Below, in pieces: positions 23,272 to 34,051 of a DNA stretch of 64,000 nucleotides. The stretch spans positions 7,828 to 71,827 of the forward strand of contig CAVYJE010000027.1 in NCBI GenBank assembly GCA_963768705.1. Direction: 5' to 3'. A program made the translations under genes and the position numbers. This DNA is from an uncultured Chloroflexia bacterium (GTDB taxonomy: Bacteria; Chloroflexota; Dehalococcoidia; DSTF01; WHTK01). The notes beneath the pieces were generated by a model. The model was not told the DNA's origin. It searched no databases and saw nothing but the letters and a program-made list of their open reading frames with translations. The stretch's first letter is position 1; every line of letters starts with the position of its first letter.

Positions 23272-23567
23272 AACCCCTCCCCGCCCCCCGCTGGCGGAGA
23301 GGTGCGCATCGGGCTGCGTAGCGGGGAATTGGCCCTCACACCGGCTGGTCTAAAACCGTTCGTCCTGAGGCTCTCGAAGGACGCCGAGATGCCCGCAGGC
23401 GCTTCGGGGCGAGGGAGACCTCACCCCCGTCGACTGCGGTCGACACCCCCTCTCCGTCTCCACAGAGAGGGGGGCGCCTGCTACGCGGCGTGTTACGCCG
23501 GTCGAGACCTCAGTTTGGATAGGACCGCTCTCCCCTGTAGTGCCCCAGCATGCTGGGGCACTACAGG
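23272..23567. repeat. cluster of REP families C, E and D
   Basis: C at 23272-23303; E ccgttcgtcctgaggctctcgaagg at 23356-23380; perfect 34-bp palindrome cctgtagtgccccagca|tgctggggcactacagg at 23534-23567. Confidence 0.85.
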
Positions 23568-23717
23568 TTGGCGAACCGGCTCGCCCGCCGAGGCAGAAGA
23601 ACACCGGCTCAGGTCCAAACGGAATGAGCAGGCGATTCCAAGGCGGAGCAGATGTTCGGCTAGGGTAATTTTTGCTTTCGACTGGTAGTGTCGTTGCAGA
23701 CCTACTGGAGGTGATCG

Positions 23718-24887
23718 ATGCCCGCAGGACGGCCGCGCTACGAGGGACCGCTCACGCCGCGAGAGTGGGAGGTGCTCAACCTCATCGAGGAGGGCCTGAC
23801 GAACGAGGAGATCGCGGCCCGGCTGGGGATCTCGTTCGCCGGGGCGCGCTATCACGTGGCCGAGATCATCTCGAAGCTGGGCGTAGCGAATCGCAAAGAA
23901 GCGGTGGTTTGGGCGCAGGAGCAGGCTAAAGCGGGTGTCCCGACGAAGCGGCGATGGTCGCTCTGGCCGCTTCTTCCTGCGCCACGACTCGGTTCACCGT
24001 TCGTCATAGCGGGTGCTGGAGCCGGCTTAACTTTGTTCGTGGCGGTTCTCGTCATCCTGATGTTCACTCAGCGCGACGGGGGCACCGATGAGGTTGACCT
24101 GCCTCGGGAAGCAGCCGTCGACGGTCGTTCTGTAGAGGCATTCCTGCGCGAGGTCCAAACGATGAAACCACTCGACGCGGGACAGGTCCTATACACCCGA
24201 GTAGAGACGTACGAACGTCACGGGCCAAAGTCATCGCAGATCGCCGCTGCAAATGGCATACCGGTGGAAAACTACGTGCGCGAGTCCTGGGTTGAGGCCG
24301 GGCCGAACGATACCTTTGTGAGGGCGTACAGTCTCGTGACCGATATGTCCGGCAACCCGATTCTTGCCACCGTGACGGAGGGCAAGACATCACGTATCTA
24401 CGATGTGCAGGCCGACCGGCTATTTCGAGAGGATGAGGTGCCGGAGGACATGCACGTAATTGGCGACCCAGAGGGACGCATCCAGGGTTACATCGAGGCA
24501 CTACAGACAGGCGAGATCGTCCCGGTGAGTCAGACCGTGTCGGAGGTGGTCGTCGAATCCGTGCTCGATCAGGCTCACTTCGAAGACACGATCGTTGGCC
24601 GCATGGAAGAACGTCGCGAGCTCACCGAAGAGGAGAAGCAGTCCATCAGGGATTGTTTCTTTCAAAGGTGTATGACCGAGCCGGGGTCCTACGCCGTACC
24701 GTTCTATGGCGACCTTGGTGCCGTGGCATCTATCTTGCGTCTGGTCATTGACTCGGACGGGATGGTCACTCACCAGGAAACGACTATCGAGACAGAGACC
24801 GGCGAACGCATTGTCGTTCAATCATCGCGGGTAGAGGCCGCCGTCGTGGACGAGATCCCTCCGGAGGTCATCGCCCTGACGCGGTAA
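23718..24887 (+). CDS. LuxR-type HTH + transmembrane helix + extracytoplasmic domain protein
   Basis: LTPREWEVLNLIEEGLTNEEIAARLGIS...YHVAEIISKLGV; TM FVIAGAGAGLTLFVAVLVILMF; GGAGG RBS. Confidence 0.85.
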   Translation: MPAGRPRYEGPLTPREWEVLNLIEEGLTNEEIAARLGISFAGARYHVAEIISKLGVANRKEAVVWAQEQAKAGVPTKRRWSLWPLLPAPRLGSPFVIAGAGAGLTLFVAVLVILMFTQRDGGTDEVDLPREAAVDGRSVEAFLREVQTMKPLDAGQVLYTRVETYERHGPKSSQIAAANGIPVENYVRESWVEAGPNDTFVRAYSLVTDMSGNPILATVTEGKTSRIYDVQADRLFREDEVPEDMHVIGDPEGRIQGYIEALQTGEIVPVSQTVSEVVVESVLDQAHFEDTIVGRMEERRELTEEEKQSIRDCFFQRCMTEPGSYAVPFYGDLGAVASILRLVIDSDGMVTHQETTIETETGERIVVQSSRVEAAVVDEIPPEVIALTR

Positions 24888-24909
24888 TTCGAGAATGCGT
24901 CGGGAATAG

Positions 24910-24939
24910 TTGACATGTCGGGTGTTTCCGACATATCCT
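24910..24939 (+). promoter_or_regulatory. sigma70-type promoter with embedded palindromic operator
   Basis: TTGACA (24910) - 18 bp - TATCCT (24934); ATGTCGG-N6-CCGACAT at 24915-24934. Confidence 0.7.
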
Positions 24940-24945
24940 GGCGCA

Positions 24946-25260
24946 GTGGCGACTGACTCGTTTGCGGCATTGGCGAATCCAGTGCGACGACAGCTCATGG
25001 AGCTCCTAACTAACGGCCCCAGGACGGCAGGCGATCTGGCACGGCACATCGACCTGAGCCGCCCCGCCGTGTCGGAGCACCTGAGCGTGCTGCGTCAGGC
25101 GGAGTTGGTACGAGACGAGGCCGTTGGCCGGGAGCGCTACTACCGCCTCAACCCGGAACCGCTGGCTGAAGTCACGCAGTGGCTACAACAGTTCGAACGC
25201 TACTGGCGCGACCGCATCGACGCGCTGGCACAGCTACTCGATGAGGAGGACCCTTCATGA
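24946..25260 (+). CDS. ArsR/SmtB family regulator
   Basis: FAALANPVRRQLMELL, SRPAVSEHLSVLRQAELV, GRERYYRL. Confidence 0.92.
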   Translation: MATDSFAALANPVRRQLMELLTNGPRTAGDLARHIDLSRPAVSEHLSVLRQAELVRDEAVGRERYYRLNPEPLAEVTQWLQQFERYWRDRIDALAQLLDEEDPS

Positions 25261-25664
25261 ACGATACCGAGACAACCTCGATCCAGATCGAGCAATACAT
25301 CCCTCATCCGCCAGGCAAGGTCTGGCGAGCGCTGACCGAACCCGGCCTGCTGGAGCGCTGGTGGGCACCCGGTGACATTTCGCCGTCCATCGGCCATCAG
25401 TTCACGATGGACATGGGCCAGTGGGGACTGCAACCCTGTACAGTCCTCGAAGTGGAGCACGAGCGGCGCATCGTCTACTCCTTCACAGACTACTGGACCC
25501 TCTCCTGGCGACTGGAGCCTGAGGGCGACGGCACCCGCTTGTTCTTCGAGCACAGCGGATTCGACCTGACAAAGCCGATGGACCAGCAGGCGTTCAAGGC
25601 CATGGGCGACGGCTGGGAAAGCACAATCCTACCGGCCCTGGCACGCGTCTCCGGCGAGATATGA
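25257..25664 (+). CDS. SRPBCC/AHSA1 domain protein
   Basis: HPPGKVWRALTEPGLLERWW, GDGTRLFFEHSGF, GW; ATGA overlap with the ArsR gene. Confidence 0.9.
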   Translation: MNDTETTSIQIEQYIPHPPGKVWRALTEPGLLERWWAPGDISPSIGHQFTMDMGQWGLQPCTVLEVEHERRIVYSFTDYWTLSWRLEPEGDGTRLFFEHSGFDLTKPMDQQAFKAMGDGWESTILPALARVSGEI

Positions 25665-25667
25665 CGC

Positions 25668-26828
25668 TTACGGCGCCGTCTGGGCGCTGAGCGCCTCGAA
25701 GTAGCCATAAGTGGCGGTCGAGAGGGCTTGGATGATGTCGGTCTCGTAGGGGTTAGTGGTGAGGGCGACGAAGACGTAGGGGCCGGACGGCGCGTAGACG
25801 ACGCCGGCGACGTTCGTGGCGTCCGACCAGTTGCCGGTCTTGCGTGCGACGACGGTGCCGTCCGGGACGCCGCTGACGAGGCCGTTCTCGAACACGTCGT
25901 GGTCGAGGAGCTTGAGCATGTCGGCGCTGGCCTCAGGGCTAATCGCGTTGCCCGTGGCGATGGCTTCCATGAGCAGGCCGAGGTCATCGACTGTTACCGG
26001 CAGGCCGTCCTCGAACAGGCCGCTGTGCTGGAGGCCGAGCGCCTCGATGGCGGTGTTGATGCTGTAAGAGCCAGCGAGGTCCTGCAGCAGCACGGCGGCG
26101 GCGTTGTCGCTGACCGAGAGCATGGCTTCCATAGCGTCGCCGACCGTGATCACCTGACAGAGCTCGGTGACGCGGGGCGAGAGGGCGTAGGCGTCGTAGT
26201 AGGGCGTGACGACGAGCTCGTCGTCCCAATCGATGAGGCCGAGGCTCTCCTGGTGGAAGACCTCGTACATGACGAAGAGCTTGAACAGGCTGGCGGCGTT
26301 GAACACGCCATCGCCGTCGTGCACGGCGCCGCGACCGGTCGTGAGGTCTTTGACGTAGTAGGCGTAGCTATCGGCCTCGTCGCCCAGGGCTGCGTCGAGG
26401 AGGGTTTGTAGCGTGTCGTCGTGCGTGAAGGAGATCGGCTCGTAGGGGCCGGGGTATTCGATGATCGCTTCGGTGGGCGTGGGGTCGAGGCGTGCGGCAG
26501 GCGGCGATGCATCATCGTCTTCGGCGTTGAGGCAGGCTTCGTCGTACTGGATGTCGCTGGGCTCATCCGTGGCCAGACCGGTGGTGCCCTGCGGCGTGGC
26601 GACAGGCTGGGGGATGCGCGTTGGTGCAGTCGTGGCGGTCGGTGACGAGGCGGTCCCGGCCGGTGTTTCGACGCGGGCTGCGTTGGCGGAGGCATCGACG
26701 GCGTCCGTGGGTGTCGTGGGGGAGGAAGAAGAAGGGATTGTGGCGGACGGCCGCTGATCGGGCACGTCGGCAACGCAGGCGGTGAGGGCGAAGGCTGCGA
26801 TGAACGGGGGCAGCAGTCTCAGAAGCAC
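25668..26828 (-). CDS. lipoprotein serine hydrolase, class A beta-lactamase-like fold
   Basis: Lipobox ALTAC, Pro/Thr linker, SxxK (ASLFK), SDN, KTG. Confidence 0.85.
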   Translation of the reverse strand: MLLRLLPPFIAAFALTACVADVPDQRPSATIPSSSSPTTPTDAVDASANAARVETPAGTASSPTATTAPTRIPQPVATPQGTTGLATDEPSDIQYDEACLNAEDDDASPPAARLDPTPTEAIIEYPGPYEPISFTHDDTLQTLLDAALGDEADSYAYYVKDLTTGRGAVHDGDGVFNAASLFKLFVMYEVFHQESLGLIDWDDELVVTPYYDAYALSPRVTELCQVITVGDAMEAMLSVSDNAAAVLLQDLAGSYSINTAIEALGLQHSGLFEDGLPVTVDDLGLLMEAIATGNAISPEASADMLKLLDHDVFENGLVSGVPDGTVVARKTGNWSDATNVAGVVYAPSGPYVFVALTTNPYETDIIQALSTATYGYFEALSAQTAP

Positions 26829-26926
26829 AGCGTCGCTCCACTTCCCCGCCCTGGCAACGAGGGTATCGGAGCGGTTGGGAGTTTACAAGTTATTTCGTGT
26901 CGTGTGGCTCGTTCACCAGATAATGC

Positions 26927-27175
26927 CCTTCGACGGGTGAGGCCGAACAGGAGTCGGGGCCTCGTGGAGAGAGGCGCACTCACGTGATCGACCGCCGAGG
27001 TGTGGGCACCTCGGCTACGTCTTCGGGGGTGGTCAACCCTTCAATTGACTTCGTAGTCGCCGAGCGCTGCAAGCCCTCACCCTAACCCTCTCCCAGAGGG
27101 CGAGGGGACTGCACCTTCGGTTGCGCGTGTCTGCATCGGGCGATACGCGTCCTTCGACAAGCTCAGGACGAACGG
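26927..27175. repeat. cluster of REP families E, B and C
   Basis: B gaccgccgaggtgtgggcacctcggctac at 26990-27018; C at 27074-27108; E ccttcgacaagctcaggacgaacgg at 27151-27175. Confidence 0.85.
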
Positions 27176-27184
27176 GACAGGAGC

Positions 27185-27832
27185 CTACTCCGCGACGGGC
27201 TCGGGCTCTTCTTCGACGACGTCGGCGGCGTCAGCGGCCGGGTCTTCCTCATCGAGGTCCTCGTCATCGTCGTCGTCCAGGTCGAGGCCGAGGCTGGCGG
27301 CCATTTCGGCGCTGGCCAGCGGTGGCAGGTCGGTGGGCTTGGTGAGGCCGAAGTGCTCGAGGAACTTCATCGTGGTGCCGAGGAGGCCGGGGCGGCCGGG
27401 GCTGGGCAGCTTGCCGACCTCTTCGACGAGGCCGCGGGCGATCAGGGAGGCGATGGCGCCGTCCGAGTTGACGCCGCGGATCTGCTCGACGGTGGCGCGG
27501 GTGACGGGCTGGCGGTAGGCGACGATGGCGAGCGACTCCAGGGCGGCGCCGGAAAGTCGCTGACGGCTTTCGAGGCCGAGGAAGCGCTCGACGTAGGGGC
27601 CGGCGTCAGGCGCCGTGACGAGCTGAACGATGTCAGCGTCGCGTTGAAGGCGGGTGCCGCCCTCAAAGCAGCGCTGCTCCAGTTCCGCCAGGGCATCCTC
27701 GCAGGCTTCGCGGGTGATGCGCAGCGACTGCATGAGCAACGGCACGCCCACGGGCTCTTCGGCGACGAAGAGGATGCTCTCGATATACGCGGGAAGCTGG
27801 TCGGCGGTCAGGTCGGGGATACGTTTGGCCAT
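27185..27832 (-). CDS. scpB: SMC-Scp complex subunit ScpB
   Basis: IESILFVAEEPV, LSGAALESLAIVAYRQPVTRATVEQIRGVNS, FLEHFGL. Confidence 0.95.
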   Translation of the reverse strand: MAKRIPDLTADQLPAYIESILFVAEEPVGVPLLMQSLRITREACEDALAELEQRCFEGGTRLQRDADIVQLVTAPDAGPYVERFLGLESRQRLSGAALESLAIVAYRQPVTRATVEQIRGVNSDGAIASLIARGLVEEVGKLPSPGRPGLLGTTMKFLEHFGLTKPTDLPPLASAEMAASLGLDLDDDDDEDLDEEDPAADAADVVEEEPEPVAE

Positions 27833-27834
27833 GC

Positions 27835-28592
27835 TTAGGTGGACTTCTCCTCGCCCGGGTTATTCGGCTCGTCTTCGACGTCATCGTCGCGCCGCAGGTG
27901 TTCGGGCAGCTCCGGAGGCTCCGGGCTGGGGCCGCGACCGCGACGCCACCATGCGATTCGACCATGTCGGCATCGGGCTCGGTCGGGGGGCGGGTCGGCG
28001 ACACGGCCGGACGGGTGGTGCGACGCGTGGCAGGGCTGCCGCCTCGGTGCAGGCGTAGCTCGCGGTAGTGGAGCTTGGCGGTCGGCGGGCGCAGGAGGGC
28101 TACGTGCACGCGGTCCGTGAGCACCTCGGTGGCAGCGTGACAGGCTTCGTCCGTGACGGTCGCCAGGTTGGCCTCGGGGTCGACCTGGAGGTCGAGGGCG
28201 ACGAGGACGCCCTTGCGCTTCGACTTGACGCTGGCGCGCACCTCGGCGACGTGCGGCACCTGCACGACGGCCTCTTCGATGCGCTGGCTGATCGCCGCGG
28301 CGGAGAGGGTCGCGGTGCCGGAAGCGAGGTCGGTGACCTGCACGGCGGGGCCGCGACGGGGGATGAGCTCGATGAGGAGGACGATGGTGGCGACGAGGCC
28401 GACGAAGGCGCTGATCGTGGTCAGCAGGGCCTTTTCGAGGTCGCCGTCATGGTCATCGACCCACTGGGCGGCGTCGCCGAGCCAGTTCACGCTGCGGTTA
28501 GGGATGGTCCAGGTCAGGGAGATGATCCCAACCGCGGCAACCACCAGCAACACACAGAGGACAATGAGGACGATTCGGTTGAACGTGTTCAC
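27835..28592 (-). CDS. alkaline shock response membrane anchor AmaP / Asp23-like protein, frameshift near the 3' end
   Basis: MNTFNRIVL, two TM helices, Asp23-like alpha/beta domain. Confidence 0.7.
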
Positions 28593-29927
28593 GCCATGAC
28601 CTCCCCGATGAGACCGTCATCACTAAGCCCCGCGATCCGCACAGCTGTCAGCCGGTTAGCCAGATTGGCGTTTGAACGGGCACGCACGCGTACGTAGGTG
28701 TCCGTCAGGCCCTCCCAGGTATCGCCGTCATGTCGAGTCTCCCACAACACGGAGGTCGTCGTACCGGCGTATCGCCGGCGATAGGCCTTCGACATGCCCG
28801 AGGCGAGGTCGATGAGGCGATGCACGCGCTGCTTCTTAATGTCGTCGGGCACCTGACCGGGCAGCTTGTAAGCCACGGTGCCGCTGCGTTGCGAGTAGGG
28901 GAAGACATGGATGCCCGCGAAGGCCATCTCCTCGCAGAAGGCGTAGCACTCGTCGAACTCGTCGTCGGTCTCGCCCGGGAAGCCGGCGATCACGTCGGTG
29001 GTGATCGCGACGTCCGGGACGACGTCACGCAGGCGGTGTACGGCGTTTCGGTACTCGTCCTGGGTGTAGCGGCGTCGCATGCGCTGTAGCACGCCGGCGC
29101 TGCCGGACTGGAGGGCGAGGTGGTAGTGGCGGCACAGACGCGGGTTGTCCCAAAGGGCGATGAGGTCGTCGTCGAGGTCCTGGGGCTGCACGGAGGACAT
29201 GCGAATGCGGGGTATCGAGGTCTCGGCGAGGAGCGCCTTGCATGAGGTCGTACAGGCGCACGCCGATGTCGGAGCCGTAGTGCCCGAGCTGGGTGCCGGT
29301 GATCACGATCTCCCGTACGCCCTCGGCCTCGCGCTTCTGGGCCTCTTCGACCACCCAGGCAACGGTCTTCGAGCGCTCACGGCCACGGGTCTTGGGGATG
29401 ATGCAGAAGGCGCAGACGTCGTTGCAGCCTTCCTGAGCGGCGATGAAGGCGCGGGTGCGGTAGACCCCTCCCCCCGGCCCCCTCCCCGCTGGCGGAGAGG
29501 GGGAGAGCGAGCGTGAACTACTGTGCTCCCTCTGCCCTTGGGAGTAGGTAGGGGTGAGGACAGGCCCGCCGCGAAGCTCGATGAGCTTGTCGGCGAGGGC
29601 AAGCTGGTCCGGCTGGCGGTAGACGAGGTCGGCGGCGAGAGCGTCGAGCTTGTCCGGCGGCGCCGTCTCCAGGAGACAGCCTGTGAGGGCGACCGTGGCG
29701 TTGGGCGCGATGCGACGGGCCAGGCGCATGAGGTGTCGCGACTTATGGTCGGCCTTGTGGGTGACGGAGCAGGTGTTGACGATAACGGCGTCGGCCTCGG
29801 TTGCGCGGTCGACCACGTCCCAGCCGGCATCGCGCAGGCGACGCGCCATCACCTCGGAATCGGCGATGTTGAGCTTGCAGCCGAGGGTAAGGATGGCGGC
29901 GGTGGTCGGATGGGGGGACTCTGACAT
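28589..29927 (-). CDS. mtaB: tRNA t6A37 methylthiotransferase (radical SAM + TRAM), frameshift near 29235
   Basis: TLGCKLN, VNTCSVT, QEGCNDVCAFCIIP, LQSGS, TTDVIAGFPGET, HVFPYSQRSGT. Confidence 0.92.
29462..29560. repeat. inverted pair of REP family C inside mtaB, in frame
   Basis: 29462-29503 is nearly identical to intergenic 42919-42959; 29526-29560 is a reverse copy resembling 21727-21759. Confidence 0.82.
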
Positions 29928-30080
29928 AAGGACGCCTACAAGGGCCATCATAGGCGACAGTGGTCAGGTGTCAAACGGCAGCGTAGCGGCCGCGAGCTGC
30001 AAGCTTCAAGACTGGAGCTACACAGCAGCACGCCACGCCCCAGCAGCATCAGCTCGTGGCTTACGGCTTACCGCTTGGAG

Positions 30081-31094
<1,014 letters not shown>

Positions 31095-31107
31095 TCAAGC
31101 CGGAAGG

Positions 31108-32353
31108 CTATCCGATCTCACGAGAGAGCATCTGCTGCTCCCGAATCGAGCTAAACAGGACGACGCCCAGCGCGAGGAACAGCCCGGCGATGATCACGAA
31201 GCCGAGGTGAAACGAGATCGCGGCGAACAGCGCCGCGCCGGCGGGACCGACGCCGAACGAGAGCGCCTGGGCCGTGGCGGCGATGCCAAAGCCGGTGCCA
31301 CGCCTCGACCGCGTGACGCTGCTGGCAATGTGGGTGTTGATCGCCGGCACGAGGGAGGAGATCACGAGGGCGATCATGAGGAAGCCGGCGATGTACATCG
31401 GCACGGAGTCCGTGATGGCCAGGAGCAGGAAGCCGGCGGCGCCGAAGGCACAGGCGGCGCCGAAAGCCCGCCCGCACCCGGCCCGGCCTGAACACGATCG
31501 GCGCCAGAAACAGGACGCCGAGGGCGCTGACGAGGCCGCCGAGGCTGAAGGTGATGCCGGAGACGCCCGCCACATCGGCGCCGTCCTTGATCGCCTTGAG
31601 GGCGATCGGCGTCGAGAGGCGGATGAGCTCGTTCATGGCGTAGACGCAGAACAGGGCGCCGACGCCGAGCGCGAACTGCGGCGACCACCGGAAGGGCTCG
31701 ATTGCGGTCTTCTCGCCGGCGGCCGTCCGGCGCGGCGCCACCCGGTCGCGCGGCACCCAGAGCAGGACCATCGTCGCCGTGATCAAGGGGACGACCGAGG
31801 CAACGACGATCGTGGTGCGAAAGCTGAACAGCAGCGCGAGCAGGGCGCCCAGGGCGGGGCCTGTGGTGGTGCCGAGGTACTGGGCGCCCGTGAGGGTGCT
31901 GAGACTGCGATTGAGGCGATGGTCCGGCACGAGAACGCTCACCAACGACACGGACGCAGGGATGAAGCCCGAAAACAGGCCCTGGCAGGCCGTGGCCACG
32001 GCGAGGTGCCACGGCGCCTGGGCTACGGCGGCGAACATGAAGGTGAGACTGGCGAGGTAGAGGGCGCGCAAGAGCATGAGCTTGCGACCCCAGCGATCGG
32101 ACAGGACGCCCCAGATCGCGCTGGAGGCGAGGCGGGTCACGCCCTGCATCGTGATCGCGAGGGCAACCCAGGCTACGGCGTCGGCATCGCTTTTGGCGCC
32201 GAGCTCGAGGGCGTACAGGGGCATGAAGGGGTACCAGACGTTGAACGACATCGCCGTCGCACCGGCGGCGGCGGCGATGAACAGGGTGGAGCGCCGGCCT
32301 TCGTCGCCGGCAGCGGGCGCGGTGGTTAAGTCTGGAGGCTCCTCGGAGGCCAT
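31108..32353 (-). CDS. MFS transporter (MdtG/DHA1-like), frameshift near 31470
   Basis: [29 protein letters not shown]; about 12 TM segments. Confidence 0.9.
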
Positions 32354-32455
32354 CGCCTGAGTCTAGTGGTGCGGAGAGATACGAGATAGGAGGACGAGGG
32401 CAGAGGGCAGGCGGCCGGCTGGCGATACGGCTCGCGCACCGGCCCTGGCTCTGGC

Positions 32456-32739
32456 GTAGCCGAGGCGTCCCCGCCTCGGTGTGATGCGCACAAGGAGGGT
32501 CGACCCCTCCTCTGGCTACCGCCATCTCCTCCCCGCTGGCGGAGAGGAGATCCGCATTTCGGTACGAGCTTGCGCGGGAGGCGGGTCTTTGCCCTCACCC
32601 CCGGGCCCTCTCCCAAGGGCCGAGGTGACACGTGGTTGGGCGCACCAGGTCCCCGGCGTGCTCGACCCAACAATATGAGGGCGAGAACGGAGGGACGGTC
32701 GCAGGCGAATGACCGCCGAGGTGAGGACACCTCGGCTAC
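32456..32739. repeat. nested REPIN: inverted family B pair enclosing family C copies
   Basis: gtagccgaggcgtccccgcctcgg (32456) ... ccgaggtgaggacacctcggctac (32739); C copies at about 32504-32550 and 32592-32625. Confidence 0.8.
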
Positions 32740-32831
32740 GCGAGTCAGGGGGTCTCCGTTGGCGCTGACCCGGGCACGGCCTTGTCGGGGTGCCTTGGAA
32801 TGGCCTTCACTCTGCACTTCACGTTCTTGTC

Positions 32832-33995
32832 CTATTCCTCGAGGAGGGCGAAGAACTCGAGGCGAGGGAGGGGGCTGTGGGGGAAGGCGGCCTGCATAAC
32901 GTCGATGCGCGGCAGGTGCTCCGGGGGCCAGCGCTGGGCGCACTCGGCGCGGACGTCGGGCTCGAAGGCGGGGTCGCCGATGCCCCAGACCATCTGGGTA
33001 ACGTCGTCCAGGGAGCCACCGATGTGCTCGACGAGGCGTCGGGCGTGGCTCTCGATCAGGCGGGAGGCCTGCTCGCGGGCGGTCGGTTCGAGGCGTGCCT
33101 GTACTCGCGACGAGACGAACACGTTGCCGACCTGGGCACCGAGGGAGATGGGGTCGTTGTGCTTGATGCCCTCGATTTCGAGGATGCGGCGCTCGGCGCC
33201 TTCGACAGCGATGGCCTGGAGGGCGAACTCAACGCCGGGTGGCAGCGCGGCGGGCACGTACTTGTGCACGGGTTTCTCAGCCCACACGGGGAAGCGGGCG
33301 ACCATCTCGTTGTTCAGGAGGTCCTTGTCCTTGAGGTCGCGCATGTAGCCGGCGATGCGCAGGAGCTGGCCGCGGCCGACGCCTTCACGCTCCAGGAGCC
33401 GCTCCAGATTGTCGAAGGCGCCCTTGACCTGGGCTTCGATGCCGCCACGAGGCATCGATCCCTCGATCGGGTCCGCTGCCGTGAGGGCCGGGACCCAGAG
33501 CACGGGGCCGATGCGCACGGCGTCCGGCGGTGAGATCGGCCCCGCCGACCGCATCTTGCCAGCCCATTCGCTCCGGCCCTGCGTGGCGGCGAAATCGATG
33601 CGAAGATGCTGCCGGGGCGCCAGGTGCTGCCGTGAACCCTGGATCACATTCAGGGTCGCGAACTTGCTGAAAGGCAGGCGGGGCTGCAACGTCGCCTCAT
33701 AGCCTTCGGGATACCAGCCCTCCTGGAGCGACGCGGCATAATCCGGGTCGGCATCGGAAGTGAACACTTTGATGGCGGTCACGTTCACGGCCTGCATGCC
33801 GCCGCGCTCCAGCACGTGTCTCATCGCCGCCGCTGCAACCCGCATCTGCGCGCGCATGTCACCTTCGAAATCGCCGGTGACCGGGTCCATGGCGCTGACG
33901 GAACCGTAGAGCCAGTTATCTACGCGCAGGCCTACGGGCATGGTGGCGCGCGGGTCGGCGGGGTAGATCTCGAAGAGCTGCTGGAGCTTCGTCAT
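32832..33995 (-). CDS. multi-domain Rid (YjgF/RidA) family protein
   Basis: Three Rid-like units: DNWLYGS...QMRVA; IGPVLWV...IEAQVKGAFDNLERLL; VGNVFVSS...EHIGGSLDDVTQM. Confidence 0.75.
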   Translation of the reverse strand: MTKLQQLFEIYPADPRATMPVGLRVDNWLYGSVSAMDPVTGDFEGDMRAQMRVAAAAMRHVLERGGMQAVNVTAIKVFTSDADPDYAASLQEGWYPEGYEATLQPRLPFSKFATLNVIQGSRQHLAPRQHLRIDFAATQGRSEWAGKMRSAGPISPPDAVRIGPVLWVPALTAADPIEGSMPRGGIEAQVKGAFDNLERLLEREGVGRGQLLRIAGYMRDLKDKDLLNNEMVARFPVWAEKPVHKYVPAALPPGVEFALQAIAVEGAERRILEIEGIKHNDPISLGAQVGNVFVSSRVQARLEPTAREQASRLIESHARRLVEHIGGSLDDVTQMVWGIGDPAFEPDVRAECAQRWPPEHLPRIDVMQAAFPHSPLPRLEFFALLEE

Positions 33996-34051
33996 GGCGC
34001 CCATGATAGGTGAGGACACTTCACGAACAAATGCCCCTGGGGCGCAACGAC

